A stretch of 64,000 nucleotides of DNA, from positions 66,454 to 130,453 of the forward strand of contig CAYSSJ010000004.1 of the NCBI GenBank assembly GCA_964433675.1, given 5' to 3'. Position 1 is the stretch's first letter, and every line of letters starts with the position of its first letter. Below, piece by piece: positions 1-10,829 of this stretch. This stretch comes from an uncultured Candidatus Cloacimonadota bacterium (lineage in GTDB: Bacteria; Cloacimonadota; Cloacimonadia; Cloacimonadales; TCS61). The notes below the pieces were generated by a model. The model did no database searches. It saw nothing but the letters and a program-made list of their open reading frames with translations, and was not told the origin of the DNA. The translations under genes and the position numbers were made by a program.

Positions 1-142
1 AAGATAAAGAATATATTTTACAAAAAGGTAAAGAGTATGGGATATTATCATAATTTGAATTAGTGGTAGTTATAGTCGAGTAGTTCGTAATACGCAATTG
101 CAGGTATAGGTATAGCAGCGACCGTCATCCACCCCACCAACA

Positions 143-151
143 TGGTATAAT
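143..151 (+). promoter_or_regulatory. Candidate extended -10 promoter element (TGgTATAAT) upstream of the 229 gene; TTGACA also present at 165-170
   Basis: Direct sequence match to the TGnTATAAT extended -10 consensus about 80 nt upstream of the ATG. Confidence 0.35.
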
Positions 152-228
152 TTCCTAAAATTACTTGACACCCAATTTAGAATTTAAGATATTTGCATTT
201 GATAAGTTAAAATTGTCGGGAGGTCATT

Positions 229-3228
229 ATGAAACGTTTAATTTTATCATTTTGTATGGTTATATCGGTAACGGTATTATTTGCTCAGTTTGCCGGTGGT
301 AGCGGAACGGAGAATGATCCGTATCTGGTGGAGACGGCAGAGCAATTGGATAATGTGAGAGATTATCTGGACGCACATTTTCTGCAGATAGCCGATATAG
401 ACCTTAGTGCTTATGCCGGAGGTTCGGGTTGGCAGCCGATCGGAACTTATTCAGAATACAGTTCGCACCCATTTACCGGTGTGTACGATGGAGATGAATT
501 TCTTATCACGAGCATGAATATTTACAGTCCCAGTCATAGTAGCTTGGGATTATTCGGCTATATTCAAGAAGCCGAGCTTAAAAACATCGAAATAGTAGAT
601 GCCAGTGTCATGGCAGATAACAGAGTGGCTATCTTGGCAGCTTGGAGTGAAGCGAGTGAGATATCCGATGTGAGCGTAAGCGGAACGATTTCCGCTAATA
701 ATTATATTGGCGGTTTAGTTGCTATGAATGATGGGGAGATCAGAGGTAGTAGCTCCGATGTTAGTATCAGCGGTGGTTATCATATTGGCGGTTTGGTAGC
801 TATCAATGAGGGAGTTATAGAATATAGCGGTTCAGCCGGCAGTATCAATGCGGATGATTATATCGGTGGCTTGGCAGGTAAAAATGAAGCCACTATAACC
901 ACGAGCTATTCTACCATGAATATTCAGGGAATAAATGTAGTCGGTGGTTTGGTCGGTAGAAGTGATGGCGATATTTTCCAGAGTTTCTCAGCTGGAATAG
1001 TACAGGGAGAGAATATGGTCGGCGGCTTGGTCGGATTCAGTAATTTTGCCAATATCTCCGATTGCTTCACCTCGGGAGAAGTGAGTGGTATAGATAAGGT
1101 CAGTGGTATGATCGGGTATAATTGGTTTGGTGAAATTTCCAATTCATTTGCTTATGGCGAAGTTAATGCTAGCGGATCTCCGGTTGGCGGTCTCGTGGGT
1201 AGAAACCAGGAAGAACAACTCTCCGAGTTTGCCCATTTCACCCAATTTGAGAGTAGTCAAAATGATAATTTATTGAAGTTTTGGGGTCAGGATGTGATGA
1301 CCGGACCGGTGCATAGTAATGACGATATCTGGATTCAACAAGTTGGTGGTGGACCGAATAACAGTTGGCCCACCTTCTACGAGAAAGTAACCACCCATGG
1401 ATTATTCAGACATTGGCCCACAGGAATTAAACTGGAGGAATCGGGCGCGCCGATGGAGCAAATCTTTATTGGGGGATATGAACAAGGACACTATGAAGAT
1501 CTGTACAGACCGATGACCGATATAGCCCAGCAAATCAGAGACAACGGTATCCATCTGATTGATGATCCCGATACCGATATCCTCTATGTAAAAATAGACG
1601 GAGAAAATTATAGCAGTTGGAAAGCCGAGATCGTGCTCGATGAGATCAAAGAATATCCGGTTTATAGCTGGTTTCCAATGAACGCTACACAAGCGCAGGC
1701 TGCGATAGATGCCGGAGTGAATTGGTTCGAAGATGCGGACATCATCGCTATCAACGAGATTGCTATCTATGATACTATCTGGACAGAGGGACCCTCAGGC
1801 AGTTTGAACGGACAATCCGCCTGGGTGGATAGCAAGCTTTGGATAGAAGGTGTGGTGGAAGGCATGCAAACTTGGGGAGCGGCAGATACAGTTCGTATAG
1901 TTGGCGATATCACTTATGCCAATACTCCACCCGGACAAGCGCCTGATGATCCGGACGATCCCAACATTACAGATTATTTCGGACTGATTTCCGAAGAGAA
2001 GATCTTGATCGCCTATAAACATTGGGATGCGGAGCTGGAGATACGCCGCGATGACAATACAAACGATATCTATCTCTATGGTGCCTATGCAGCACTGGCT
2101 GAGGGCGATCCGCTAGTCCAAGGCGATCTCTATTACAAGCACGATGGCATCTTTACCATGGAATATCAGCATCCGCATGGCTCCACACCTTCATTCTGGG
2201 GTCCGAGCCCCTACACCGGCAACGATACTCTCTATGTCTGGCCCGATTTGCACAAATTCGTCTTCCCTGAGGATCCATCTTTACCTGCCAATATGCAAGG
2301 TTTCAATATGCATGGTGCTAATCCACCAGCGGGATATTCTGTCTGTGGTTATCCTTATGAATCACCGGAATATACAAATTCCTTCCCCAATAATGACCCG
2401 GATAATTATGTCTTTCCTTATGGTACGGACTATCCCTGGTACAATCCGGTTTGGCCCGAATCCTCTGTAGAAATAGCTTTCCAACGTGGTGATATCAATT
2501 TGTTCGGTTCACTTATCCAAAGACGCCGCGGTTATGTACATCGTTCCGGAACTGACCCACACAATCATTCTTATGAAGGAGTTTGGGATTTGGAGAATTT
2601 CATCTATGATGGTACTCATCCTAGTACCGGTTATGGCAAAAACTATCATTATGACAGCCGGCTCAAAGATATCGAGCTGGTCGATTTTCCCAAAGCGTCT
2701 GCCGGAGAAGTACTCTATAGCTATTGGGATATCGAGACTACCGGTCAGCAGCAGTCCGAAGGTGGCGAAGGCAGAAGTACGGAGGATATGACTTATCCTT
2801 ATGCTGCCAATACATATGTCGGCTGGGATTTCGAGGATATCTGGGCTGCTGATGAGGATTATACGGTCAATAACGGCTATCCCTATCTCAGAGAAATGAC
2901 TCCACCAGTATCTGCTGAGGACGATACGGTCACGCAGCCTATCGCTATCTCGGTTACAAATTATCCCAACCCATTCAATCCGGAGACGACGATCGAGTTC
3001 AGTATCGATGCGCGTGATGTAGGCGAACCGCTCTCGGTAGCGATCTATAACATCCGAGGTCAGAAGATTCGCACGCTTATCTCGGATGAAGAGGTAGAGG
3101 AGAGCAGATTCACCTTGGTATGGGACGGCAGGAATGACAATGGTAGGATTGTCTCCAGCGGGACTTATCTCATCAAGCTGGACACCGCCCGGAGCAGCAA
3201 AACGCACAAACTGATGATGCTTAAATAG
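229..3228 (+). CDS. Large secreted GLUG-motif repeat protein with T9SS (Por) C-terminal sorting domain
   Basis: Signal peptide MKRLILSFCMVISVTVLFAQ. Many GGLVG/GGLVA repeats (GLUG motif). C-terminus NYPNPFNPETTIEFSI...YNIRGQKIRTL...GTYLIKL is typical of the T9SS type A sorting domain. Confidence 0.7.
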   Translation: MKRLILSFCMVISVTVLFAQFAGGSGTENDPYLVETAEQLDNVRDYLDAHFLQIADIDLSAYAGGSGWQPIGTYSEYSSHPFTGVYDGDEFLITSMNIYSPSHSSLGLFGYIQEAELKNIEIVDASVMADNRVAILAAWSEASEISDVSVSGTISANNYIGGLVAMNDGEIRGSSSDVSISGGYHIGGLVAINEGVIEYSGSAGSINADDYIGGLAGKNEATITTSYSTMNIQGINVVGGLVGRSDGDIFQSFSAGIVQGENMVGGLVGFSNFANISDCFTSGEVSGIDKVSGMIGYNWFGEISNSFAYGEVNASGSPVGGLVGRNQEEQLSEFAHFTQFESSQNDNLLKFWGQDVMTGPVHSNDDIWIQQVGGGPNNSWPTFYEKVTTHGLFRHWPTGIKLEESGAPMEQIFIGGYEQGHYEDLYRPMTDIAQQIRDNGIHLIDDPDTDILYVKIDGENYSSWKAEIVLDEIKEYPVYSWFPMNATQAQAAIDAGVNWFEDADIIAINEIAIYDTIWTEGPSGSLNGQSAWVDSKLWIEGVVEGMQTWGAADTVRIVGDITYANTPPGQAPDDPDDPNITDYFGLISEEKILIAYKHWDAELEIRRDDNTNDIYLYGAYAALAEGDPLVQGDLYYKHDGIFTMEYQHPHGSTPSFWGPSPYTGNDTLYVWPDLHKFVFPEDPSLPANMQGFNMHGANPPAGYSVCGYPYESPEYTNSFPNNDPDNYVFPYGTDYPWYNPVWPESSVEIAFQRGDINLFGSLIQRRRGYVHRSGTDPHNHSYEGVWDLENFIYDGTHPSTGYGKNYHYDSRLKDIELVDFPKASAGEVLYSYWDIETTGQQQSEGGEGRSTEDMTYPYAANTYVGWDFEDIWAADEDYTVNNGYPYLREMTPPVSAEDDTVTQPIAISVTNYPNPFNPETTIEFSIDARDVGEPLSVAIYNIRGQKIRTLISDEEVEESRFTLVWDGRNDNGRIVSSGTYLIKLDTARSSKTHKLMMLK

Positions 3229-3240
3229 CGGATTATTAAA

Positions 3241-3270
3241 AGAGCCGGTTTTTAGCCGGCTCTTTTGTTT
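3241..3270 (+). terminator. Rho-independent terminator (agagccgg-tttt-agccggctct followed by T-run)
   Basis: Perfect hairpin followed by tttgttt, directly after the stop at 3228. Confidence 0.7.
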
Positions 3271-3308
3271 GGAATATCCAGGACAAAAAGTGCCCTTTAC
3301 TGTTTTAA

Positions 3309-4118
3309 TTACAATTGGATAAATGCCTTTTTATGATCATGCGGGAAGAAGAGGATACCCTCTCTCTGTTGCAACTCTGATAGTATACGTTTTTTGGCAT
3401 GGTAAGTATCTTTGCGGCAGACATCGTAAGCTGAGGTGACAGCCGGATGCAGATGCGGCTCCGAAGTGATGATATCACCGGCATAATAAGCTAATTCACC
3501 ATCACTTTCTATCCGGATAGATTGCATCCCTTCGGTGTGTCCACCTACCAACTCCAGTCTTACCTCATCGGTAAGCTGATGATCACCGTCTATGAGCAGG
3601 AAATTACCGCTTTCTTCCAAGAGGGTGAGATCAGCTTTGAAGTTGTAGGAAGCCATGTTTAGGCCGTCCGGATGTTTGGCTATTTCCCACTCCCGCTGCT
3701 GAATTATATGAGTGGCATTAGGGAAAGTGAGCTTATATTCACCATTTTGTGCGGAAACGATTCCACCGGCATGGTCGAAATGGAGATGAGTGAGCACCAC
3801 ATAGTCTATCTCTTCGGGTTCGATCCCTAGTTTTTTCAGATTCTCAGGCAGGCAAAACTCGCTAGGTTGATAGATCTTCTGTTGCTTAGCGGTGATCTTG
3901 TTCCCGATTCCTGTATCGATGAGGATCGTCTTAGCTGCCGTACGGATGATCAGCAGATTGAGAGCGAGCGGGATGCGGTTTTTCTCGTCCGGGGTGATCT
4001 TCTTCTGCCATATAGCTTTGGGCAATACACCCATCGAAGCACCACCGTCTCCCTTCCAGCTTCCGGCTGAGACAATATAATTATTTGTTTTTCCCAGCTT
4101 TATTCCGTTTTGGTTCAT
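3309..4118 (-). CDS. MBL-fold metallo-hydrolase
   Basis: LTHLHFDHAGG (HxHxDH) metallo-beta-lactamase motif. The 38 nt overlap with jag suggests the true start may be the internal Met at about 4034. Confidence 0.7.
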   Translation of the reverse strand: MNQNGIKLGKTNNYIVSAGSWKGDGGASMGVLPKAIWQKKITPDEKNRIPLALNLLIIRTAAKTILIDTGIGNKITAKQQKIYQPSEFCLPENLKKLGIEPEEIDYVVLTHLHFDHAGGIVSAQNGEYKLTFPNATHIIQQREWEIAKHPDGLNMASYNFKADLTLLEESGNFLLIDGDHQLTDEVRLELVGGHTEGMQSIRIESDGELAYYAGDIITSEPHLHPAVTSAYDVCRKDTYHAKKRILSELQQREGILFFPHDHKKAFIQL

Positions 4119-4782
4119 AATTCTTTTTATTAGAATTTTCAGGCAGTTTATCTGCCGGCATTATTACTATTCTTTTTTGACTACCTTCACCGATCGTCAT
4201 GGTCTTCAAATCTTTATCTTTTTCTATCTGTTTGTGTACAACGCGGCGGTGAGCGGCGTGTAGCGGTTCGAGTGTTATACTTTTGTTGCGGGTTTTCACC
4301 TTCTCAGCGATGCTTTTTACTTTGTCCACTAGAGCATCTTCCCTACGTTTGCGATAGTTATCCACATCGAGTTTAACTTTTATCGGGGCTTTTTCCGCTT
4401 TGCTTATCATTTGTGTGATCAGATATTGTAAACTATCGAGTAGTTTTGCTTCTTTTCCGATCAAAAATCCGGCATCTTCCTTGCTACTGATCTTAACTTC
4501 GTAAATACCGTTGTTCTCTTCACAGGTTACGGTTTCATAGCGTACATTCATCTTGTCCATCAAAGTTTGAGTGAAAGATTTGATCCTCTCACTGCTGTCG
4601 GGCAACGTAAATTTGATTTTCACTTTTTTGGAACCGAATAGTCCCAATACACCTTTTGATCCTTCTTCTACAACTTCAAAGGTAAAATCTTGCAAATTCA
4701 AGTTAAATTCTTTCATAAAGCTGTTTATCACAGCTGAAGTTGTTTTTCCTTCTCGTTTGATTACTTTCATAGGTTTCCTCAA
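4081..4782 (-). CDS. jag: Jag/KhpB-type RNA-binding protein (Jag_N, KH, R3H)
   Basis: Position directly downstream of yidC; KH-like GFLIGKEAKLLDSLQYL segment; conserved yidC-jag synteny. Confidence 0.7.
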   Translation of the reverse strand: MRKPMKVIKREGKTTSAVINSFMKEFNLNLQDFTFEVVEEGSKGVLGLFGSKKVKIKFTLPDSSERIKSFTQTLMDKMNVRYETVTCEENNGIYEVKISSKEDAGFLIGKEAKLLDSLQYLITQMISKAEKAPIKVKLDVDNYRKRREDALVDKVKSIAEKVKTRNKSITLEPLHAAHRRVVHKQIEKDKDLKTMTIGEGSQKRIVIMPADKLPENSNKKNYEPKRNKAGKNK

Positions 4783-6377
4783 TATAGTTTTTTCTTAATA
4801 AAATACTGTTGGAATATAGACATCACATTGAATACAGTCCAATACAATACCAATCCGGCAGGCAGGGTGCGAAAGATAAAGAATAGTACGACCGGCATGA
4901 TATAAGCCATCATTTTCTGGCTTTGATAAGCAGCTTGCTGTTTTTCATCCATCTCTTCGGATGCTTGTTTGGAGGGAGCCATCATTTTCTGCTGAACGAA
5001 CATGAAGAGAGCCATAATGATTGGCAGGATCATATAGGGATCCGGCTCGGATAGATCCGGCAGCCAGAGGAAATGCGTCTGCCTGAGCTCGATAGAATAG
5101 CGCAAAAGCGGGTAGAGGGCAAACAAGACGGGCGCCTGCAAGAGCAGTGGCAGACATCCGCCCAGCGGATTTACCTTGTGTTCTTTGTATAGATTGCGCA
5201 ATTCCGCTTGCAGCTTCTTCGGATCGTCCTTGTACTTGGTCTGGATCTCTTTCATCAGCGGATTGATCTTCTGCATCTTGGTGGTGGATTCGAAACTCTT
5301 GTGAGTGAGTGGGTAGAGTATGATCTTGAGTACGAGGGCAAAGATGATGATGCAGATACCCCAGTTTGGGATCACATTGTTCAATTTCTGCAAGAACCAC
5401 AAAAATATCTTACTGATCCACTGAATGATACCGGGTCCCAACTCCACATTGTTTTCCAATCCGATATTGTATCTGTTCAAATTATCGTACAAAAGCGGAC
5501 CCAGATACATATCATAGGAATGGCGGATACTCTCTCTCGGCACGGAGACATTCATACTAAAAGCGGGGCTTTCCTGAACAGTGGTCACCAGCACACTGTT
5601 GGTATCGATCATATCGTCCGGGATAAGACTGAGGATGAAGTACTTGGAGCGGATTACAGACCAGTCTATATTCCCTCTGAATACTTCCGGTTCACTTATG
5701 CGCGATAGTCTTTCTCTGGTGATGGAATTGTCTATCTGGGCTGCGAAATTGTATTCTCTCGATTTGTTCTTCAGATATTCTTCCGTATCAGCAATACCGG
5801 AGAGGAATGAGACATCATAATTATCTACTGCCACTATTCCCTCGGCTACGAACTGACTATGTACATTATACTCGTCGTTTAGCTCATAAGTAAGTTGGAT
5901 GCTGCCGGCATCGCTAAGGAGTGTGAAGGAGACGCGCTTGTTGTCCGGCGAAGTATCGTATTGGAAGCGAAATTCGGATAGATCAATCTCCGTACCGTCT
6001 GTAGTATGCAGAGTGATTCCAAAGAGAGCTTCATTTTCCGGGATCAGATTCACATAGGAAGTCTTATCTGCCAGATAATATTCTTTCAGGATCACCTCGT
6101 TGACCATCGCACCCTGATTTGTAAAGGTAAGCGCCATTTTATCGTTCTCTATACGGATATCATCTCGGCGGACTTCTTCTTCGTCCAGTTCTTGTAGATC
6201 TAAGGGGGTGCGACGAGTAGGTTCTTCATAAGATACTTCTTCGGTGTAAGGTTCTTCTACGATTTCGGGCCGGGGTTGTTGAACCGGTTCTTCTTCCGGT
6301 GTACGCCAGAGGATCTGGTTACTGATCCAAAAGACGATAAAGATGAGCAACAGGGTAATAATAGTTCTTTTTTCCAC
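4779..6377 (-). CDS. yidC: Membrane protein insertase YidC
   Basis: N-terminal TM then periplasmic domain; C-terminal 5-TM core with conserved YidC-like segments; synteny rnpA-yidD-yidC. Confidence 0.85.
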   Translation of the reverse strand: MEKRTIITLLLIFIVFWISNQILWRTPEEEPVQQPRPEIVEEPYTEEVSYEEPTRRTPLDLQELDEEEVRRDDIRIENDKMALTFTNQGAMVNEVILKEYYLADKTSYVNLIPENEALFGITLHTTDGTEIDLSEFRFQYDTSPDNKRVSFTLLSDAGSIQLTYELNDEYNVHSQFVAEGIVAVDNYDVSFLSGIADTEEYLKNKSREYNFAAQIDNSITRERLSRISEPEVFRGNIDWSVIRSKYFILSLIPDDMIDTNSVLVTTVQESPAFSMNVSVPRESIRHSYDMYLGPLLYDNLNRYNIGLENNVELGPGIIQWISKIFLWFLQKLNNVIPNWGICIIIFALVLKIILYPLTHKSFESTTKMQKINPLMKEIQTKYKDDPKKLQAELRNLYKEHKVNPLGGCLPLLLQAPVLFALYPLLRYSIELRQTHFLWLPDLSEPDPYMILPIIMALFMFVQQKMMAPSKQASEEMDEKQQAAYQSQKMMAYIMPVVLFFIFRTLPAGLVLYWTVFNVMSIFQQYFIKKKLY

Positions 6378-6392
6378 GATTTACTCCAATGT

Positions 6393-6611
6393 TTAAGGCA
6401 GTGGGTCTATCCCACCGGGATGAAAGGGATGACAGCGCAGGATACGAGTAACTGAGAGCCAGAATGCCTTGAAGAAAGGGTATTTTTGAAAAGCGCTACA
6501 GGCATATTCGCTGCAAGTCGGCATAAAGCGGCAAGTAGGTGGAAGCATGGGTGAGATGAACCTTTTGTAGCCTCTGATCAGAAAAAGAAAAAAACGGTTA
6601 GCGAATTTCAT
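6393..6611 (-). CDS. yidD: Membrane protein insertion efficiency factor YidD
   Basis: [19 protein letters not shown]...HPGGIDPLP is the YidD signature. Confidence 0.85.
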   Translation of the reverse strand: MKFANRFFLFLIRGYKRFISPMLPPTCRFMPTCSEYACSAFQKYPFFKAFWLSVTRILRCHPFHPGGIDPLP

Positions 6612-6931
6612 ACCACTCTCGCTAAGATGTCTTCCAAGTCGGTTCTAATACTTTCCCAACCTACCTCAACAGCTTCCGGTTTGGCTATGATGAGCATTTT
6701 CTTCTGCTCGGGCAGATTATGTTCCCACTCTCTAAGGAAAGCACGAACACGTCTTTTTATCTTATTTCGTACCACAGCACGCTTATCTACACGTTTGCTG
6801 ATGATGATAGCGACCAAGCAGGTTTGCCGGTTCTCACCATCACAGACCAGCAGATTGAAAAATCTGCCCGGATATCTTTTGTGTCTTGCATATATTTCAT
6901 CAAAATCTTTTTTTGCAGAGATATATCTCAT
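6608..6931 (-). CDS. rnpA: Ribonuclease P protein component
   Basis: RNase P protein motif [19 protein letters not shown]; overlaps rpmH stop (ATGA). Confidence 0.85.
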   Translation of the reverse strand: MRYISAKKDFDEIYARHKRYPGRFFNLLVCDGENRQTCLVAIIISKRVDKRAVVRNKIKRRVRAFLREWEHNLPEQKKMLIIAKPEAVEVGWESIRTDLEDILARVV

Positions 6932-7071
6932 TTATCGCTAACGGTAAGGATATGTCTTCCCTTTGCGCGTCTGCGCGCTAGGATTTTTCTACCGGCTTTG
7001 GTAGCCATACGAGCACGGAAACCATGCTTGTTCCTACGCTTACGATTATGCGGTTGATATGTCCGTTTCAT
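6928..7071 (-). CDS. rpmH: 50S ribosomal protein L34 (not in ORF track, under 60 aa)
   Basis: Manual translation of minus strand gives [47 protein letters not shown], the canonical L34 sequence. Confidence 0.85.
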   Translation of the reverse strand: MKRTYQPHNRKRRNKHGFRARMATKAGRKILARRRAKGRHILTVSDK

Positions 7072-7180
7072 AAATCAAACTCCTTTATCTATACTATATA
7101 ACTTTTTATTTCTCAGGTTTTTACCTGAGAGAGCTACCTTGAAATCAGCGGTTTTGATGTCAAGAAATATTTGTAGATCA

Positions 7181-8437
<1,257 letters not shown>

Positions 8438-8571
8438 TTATACATTCTACTTTTCATTACTAGATAACCTAATTTATGGATGAGCATATATTGTCAAATC
8501 ATTCGACAAATTGCAAAAAAATATTGACTGTAATCGGAAATAATAAAATTTGAGGTTTTGGAGGTAAAAAT

Positions 8572-8970
8572 ATGGAAAGAAAAATTCGAGTTATGATAGC
8601 CAAGCCCGGGTTGGACGGCCATGATAGAGGAGCGAAATATATAGCCAGAGCGCTGAGAGATGCGGGTATGGAGGTGATTTATACCGGTATCCGTCAGTCT
8701 GCAGAGCAGATCGTGAACAGTGCCATCCAGGAGGATGTCGATTTTCTGGGGCTCAGTCTGCTCTCCGGTGCACATAATCATCTCTTCCCCATCATAGCAG
8801 AAATACTCAAAGAGAAAGGTGCGGATGAGATAGTTCTCTTCGGCGGCGGTGTAATCCCGGAGGATGATATCGAATTCCTCAAATCAAAAGGCTTCAAAGC
8901 TATCTTTACACCGGGAACGAAAGCAGATGAAGTGATCTCTTTTATCAAAGAAGAGATCGAAAACCATTAG
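8572..8970 (+). CDS. Cobalamin-binding domain protein (methylmalonyl-CoA mutase C-terminal domain/small subunit-like)
   Basis: [30 protein letters not shown]...GLSLLSGAH contains the DxHxxG B12-binding motif; RBS ggaggtaaaaat. Confidence 0.8.
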   Translation: MERKIRVMIAKPGLDGHDRGAKYIARALRDAGMEVIYTGIRQSAEQIVNSAIQEDVDFLGLSLLSGAHNHLFPIIAEILKEKGADEIVLFGGGVIPEDDIEFLKSKGFKAIFTPGTKADEVISFIKEEIENH

Positions 8971-8972
8971 AT

Positions 8973-10109
8973 ATGCCAACCATAATCTCCGATCCGGATA
9001 AAAAACTGATCCTCGAGATCAGCGACGATAAATTTTCCGCTTATCTTACCATTAAAAATAATGATGAGATCATAGATGAGAAGGAGATCATCACCCTTCT
9101 GGAACTTGCCGATATCAAAGCGGGGTTCAAAAACGCATCTCTCTTCTGCCAAGAAAACAACATAAAGAAAGAGGTAAACAAAAAATTTCTGATCGCACTG
9201 GGAGAAAAGCCGAAGATCGAAAGTTCGATAGATATCAAAATAGACCTCTCACGCTCTTATCAAACCGACTTTGGTTTGGACGAGCTAGAAAAATGCACTT
9301 GGGTGGCAAAAGATCAGAGCTTGGCAGAAGTAAGTTTGGAAGAAAACGTAAAATCAGCTCGTAATGTACATGGTGAGACGATTTCGGCAGATAAACTGCG
9401 GGAAAGCAGCATAAAGAAATATCTGGGCGAGAATCTGTATTTCGATAGTGAAGCAAGAGTAATTCGGGCGGCGAGCTACGGTTATCCGTACCAAGATGAA
9501 AAAGGTCGCCTCCATGTAAAAAACAAGCTGAATTGGGAAGCGGATATTATCGATAAAAGCGGAGTACTCTATGCCAGTCTGAATCTAAACGGTAGACTGA
9601 TAGGCTGCCAAGAGCTGGTCATCTTCGGGGATTGTAATGTGCTGGGAGTGGAGAACTCGACGGTGATCTGCAGTGGCAAATTCAAGTACAAGCAAATGGT
9701 CGATTCTGCCACTATTATAGCGGAAAACGGCATCATCGGAGATGAGAGCAGCTCATATATAAGCGGTCATATTTTGAGCGGCGGATCGATCTGGGTGAAT
9801 ACTATGGGAACGCCACAGGATAATGTAACCAAAGCGGAGTTGTGTATCTCACCATTCTACAAATATCTGCTCCTGCCAAAAGAGACTATAAACAAGCATG
9901 TTGCTCAGATGTTACCTGCCGCTTCTGAAGATTTGGAGAGCTGTTTTGAGAAACGTTTGAACGCGACACTCGCCAACGAGCAAACCGGCTTGGAGATCAA
10001 TGTAACTCATACTCTTTTTAAAAATACATCCCTCAGAATATTGGATCATCAATATCTGGCAGAAAAAGATCGGGCGAAGATAAATTTTAGGGAAAAGAGC
10101 AAAGAATAA
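8973..10109 (+). CDS. FapA/DUF342 family protein (flagellar-assembly-protein-A-like)
   Basis: N-terminal LILEISDDKFSAYLTIKNND resembles the FapA_N signature (...S.DKM.AYLTL...); size and beta-helix-like C-terminus are compatible. Confidence 0.5.
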   Translation: MPTIISDPDKKLILEISDDKFSAYLTIKNNDEIIDEKEIITLLELADIKAGFKNASLFCQENNIKKEVNKKFLIALGEKPKIESSIDIKIDLSRSYQTDFGLDELEKCTWVAKDQSLAEVSLEENVKSARNVHGETISADKLRESSIKKYLGENLYFDSEARVIRAASYGYPYQDEKGRLHVKNKLNWEADIIDKSGVLYASLNLNGRLIGCQELVIFGDCNVLGVENSTVICSGKFKYKQMVDSATIIAENGIIGDESSSYISGHILSGGSIWVNTMGTPQDNVTKAELCISPFYKYLLLPKETINKHVAQMLPAASEDLESCFEKRLNATLANEQTGLEINVTHTLFKNTSLRILDHQYLAEKDRAKINFREKSKE

Positions 10110-10764
10110 GAGAGTGTGAGAAGATGGGAATAGTAACGAAGGATTAAGGATCAAGGACGAAGGAAAGAACCAATATAGTGGCGCAGTTTTTAGTGATGAG
10201 TGATGAGTTTACATGCGAAGAAGATAGAGGATAGAGAGTAGAGGGAAGATTGGAGGTTAGGTGGATAGGAGGATAGGTTTGGAGTGAAAGCACCAAATTT
10301 CCCCGACAAAATAGGCAAGAAGATATCAGGTGAAAAGTAAAAGGGGAGAAGGGAAAGGGAAAAGTAACAAGTGACGAGTAACGAGTGACAAGGAAATCTC
10401 AATGACCGAATGACCGTAACGACTGAACGATTGAACGACTCAACTAATTAACCAATTAACCAATCAACCTCATCTTGCTATTCTTGCACCAACTCACACT
10501 TCGATACGCTCCGGCTTACGCCGAAGCTACTCAGTGTGACAAGCTTCTGATCTCTAAACCCTCAACCCTAAACTTCATCCTTGTCCTCCGTAGCCTCGGC
10601 GAAGGAGGATTGCTTCTCTCGCACCACTTTTCACATTATTAATTCTCTTGGAAAAAACATCATTGACAAATTGCAGCTTCAAGAAAAAGTGGGAAAAAAA
10701 GTAAAAGGAAGTGCATATTGTGATACGAGGACCGATTTGGGGCGTGCAAAAGTTTATAATACGA

Positions 10765-10797
10765 AAGCATTTATCGACTGGTAAATGCTTTTTTTCT
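10765..10797 (+). terminator. Rho-independent terminator-like hairpin (agcatttatcgactggtaaatgct plus 7 T)
   Basis: 7-bp perfect stem, 8-nt loop, followed by tttttttc; lies at the end of a 700 bp repeat-rich gene-free region just upstream of the 10830 gene. Confidence 0.55.
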
Positions 10798-10829
10798 TAT
10801 ATAGAGTCTAATTTGGCAAGGAGCGTGTT

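Noticed and set aside
924-3207. Antisense and out-of-frame ORFs inside the large genes (e.g. 924-1142, 1402-1692, 2509-3207, 55462-55671, 58212-58586, 43400-44144, 52822-53203)
   Set aside because: They are fully nested within much longer ORFs that have strong homology-based support on the other frame or strand; no independent motifs.
7100-7130. Hairpin tctcagg-tttttac-cctgaga between purA stop and rpmH start as a terminator
   Set aside because: It is not followed by a U-run on either strand (A-rich on the purA sense side). It may be a structural element but is not a convincing intrinsic terminator.
10190-10784. ORFs 10190-10402 (-) and 10581-10784 (+)
   Set aside because: They are translations of low-complexity GA/CT repeats and the mosaic repeat element, with no start context; the region is better explained as non-coding repeats.
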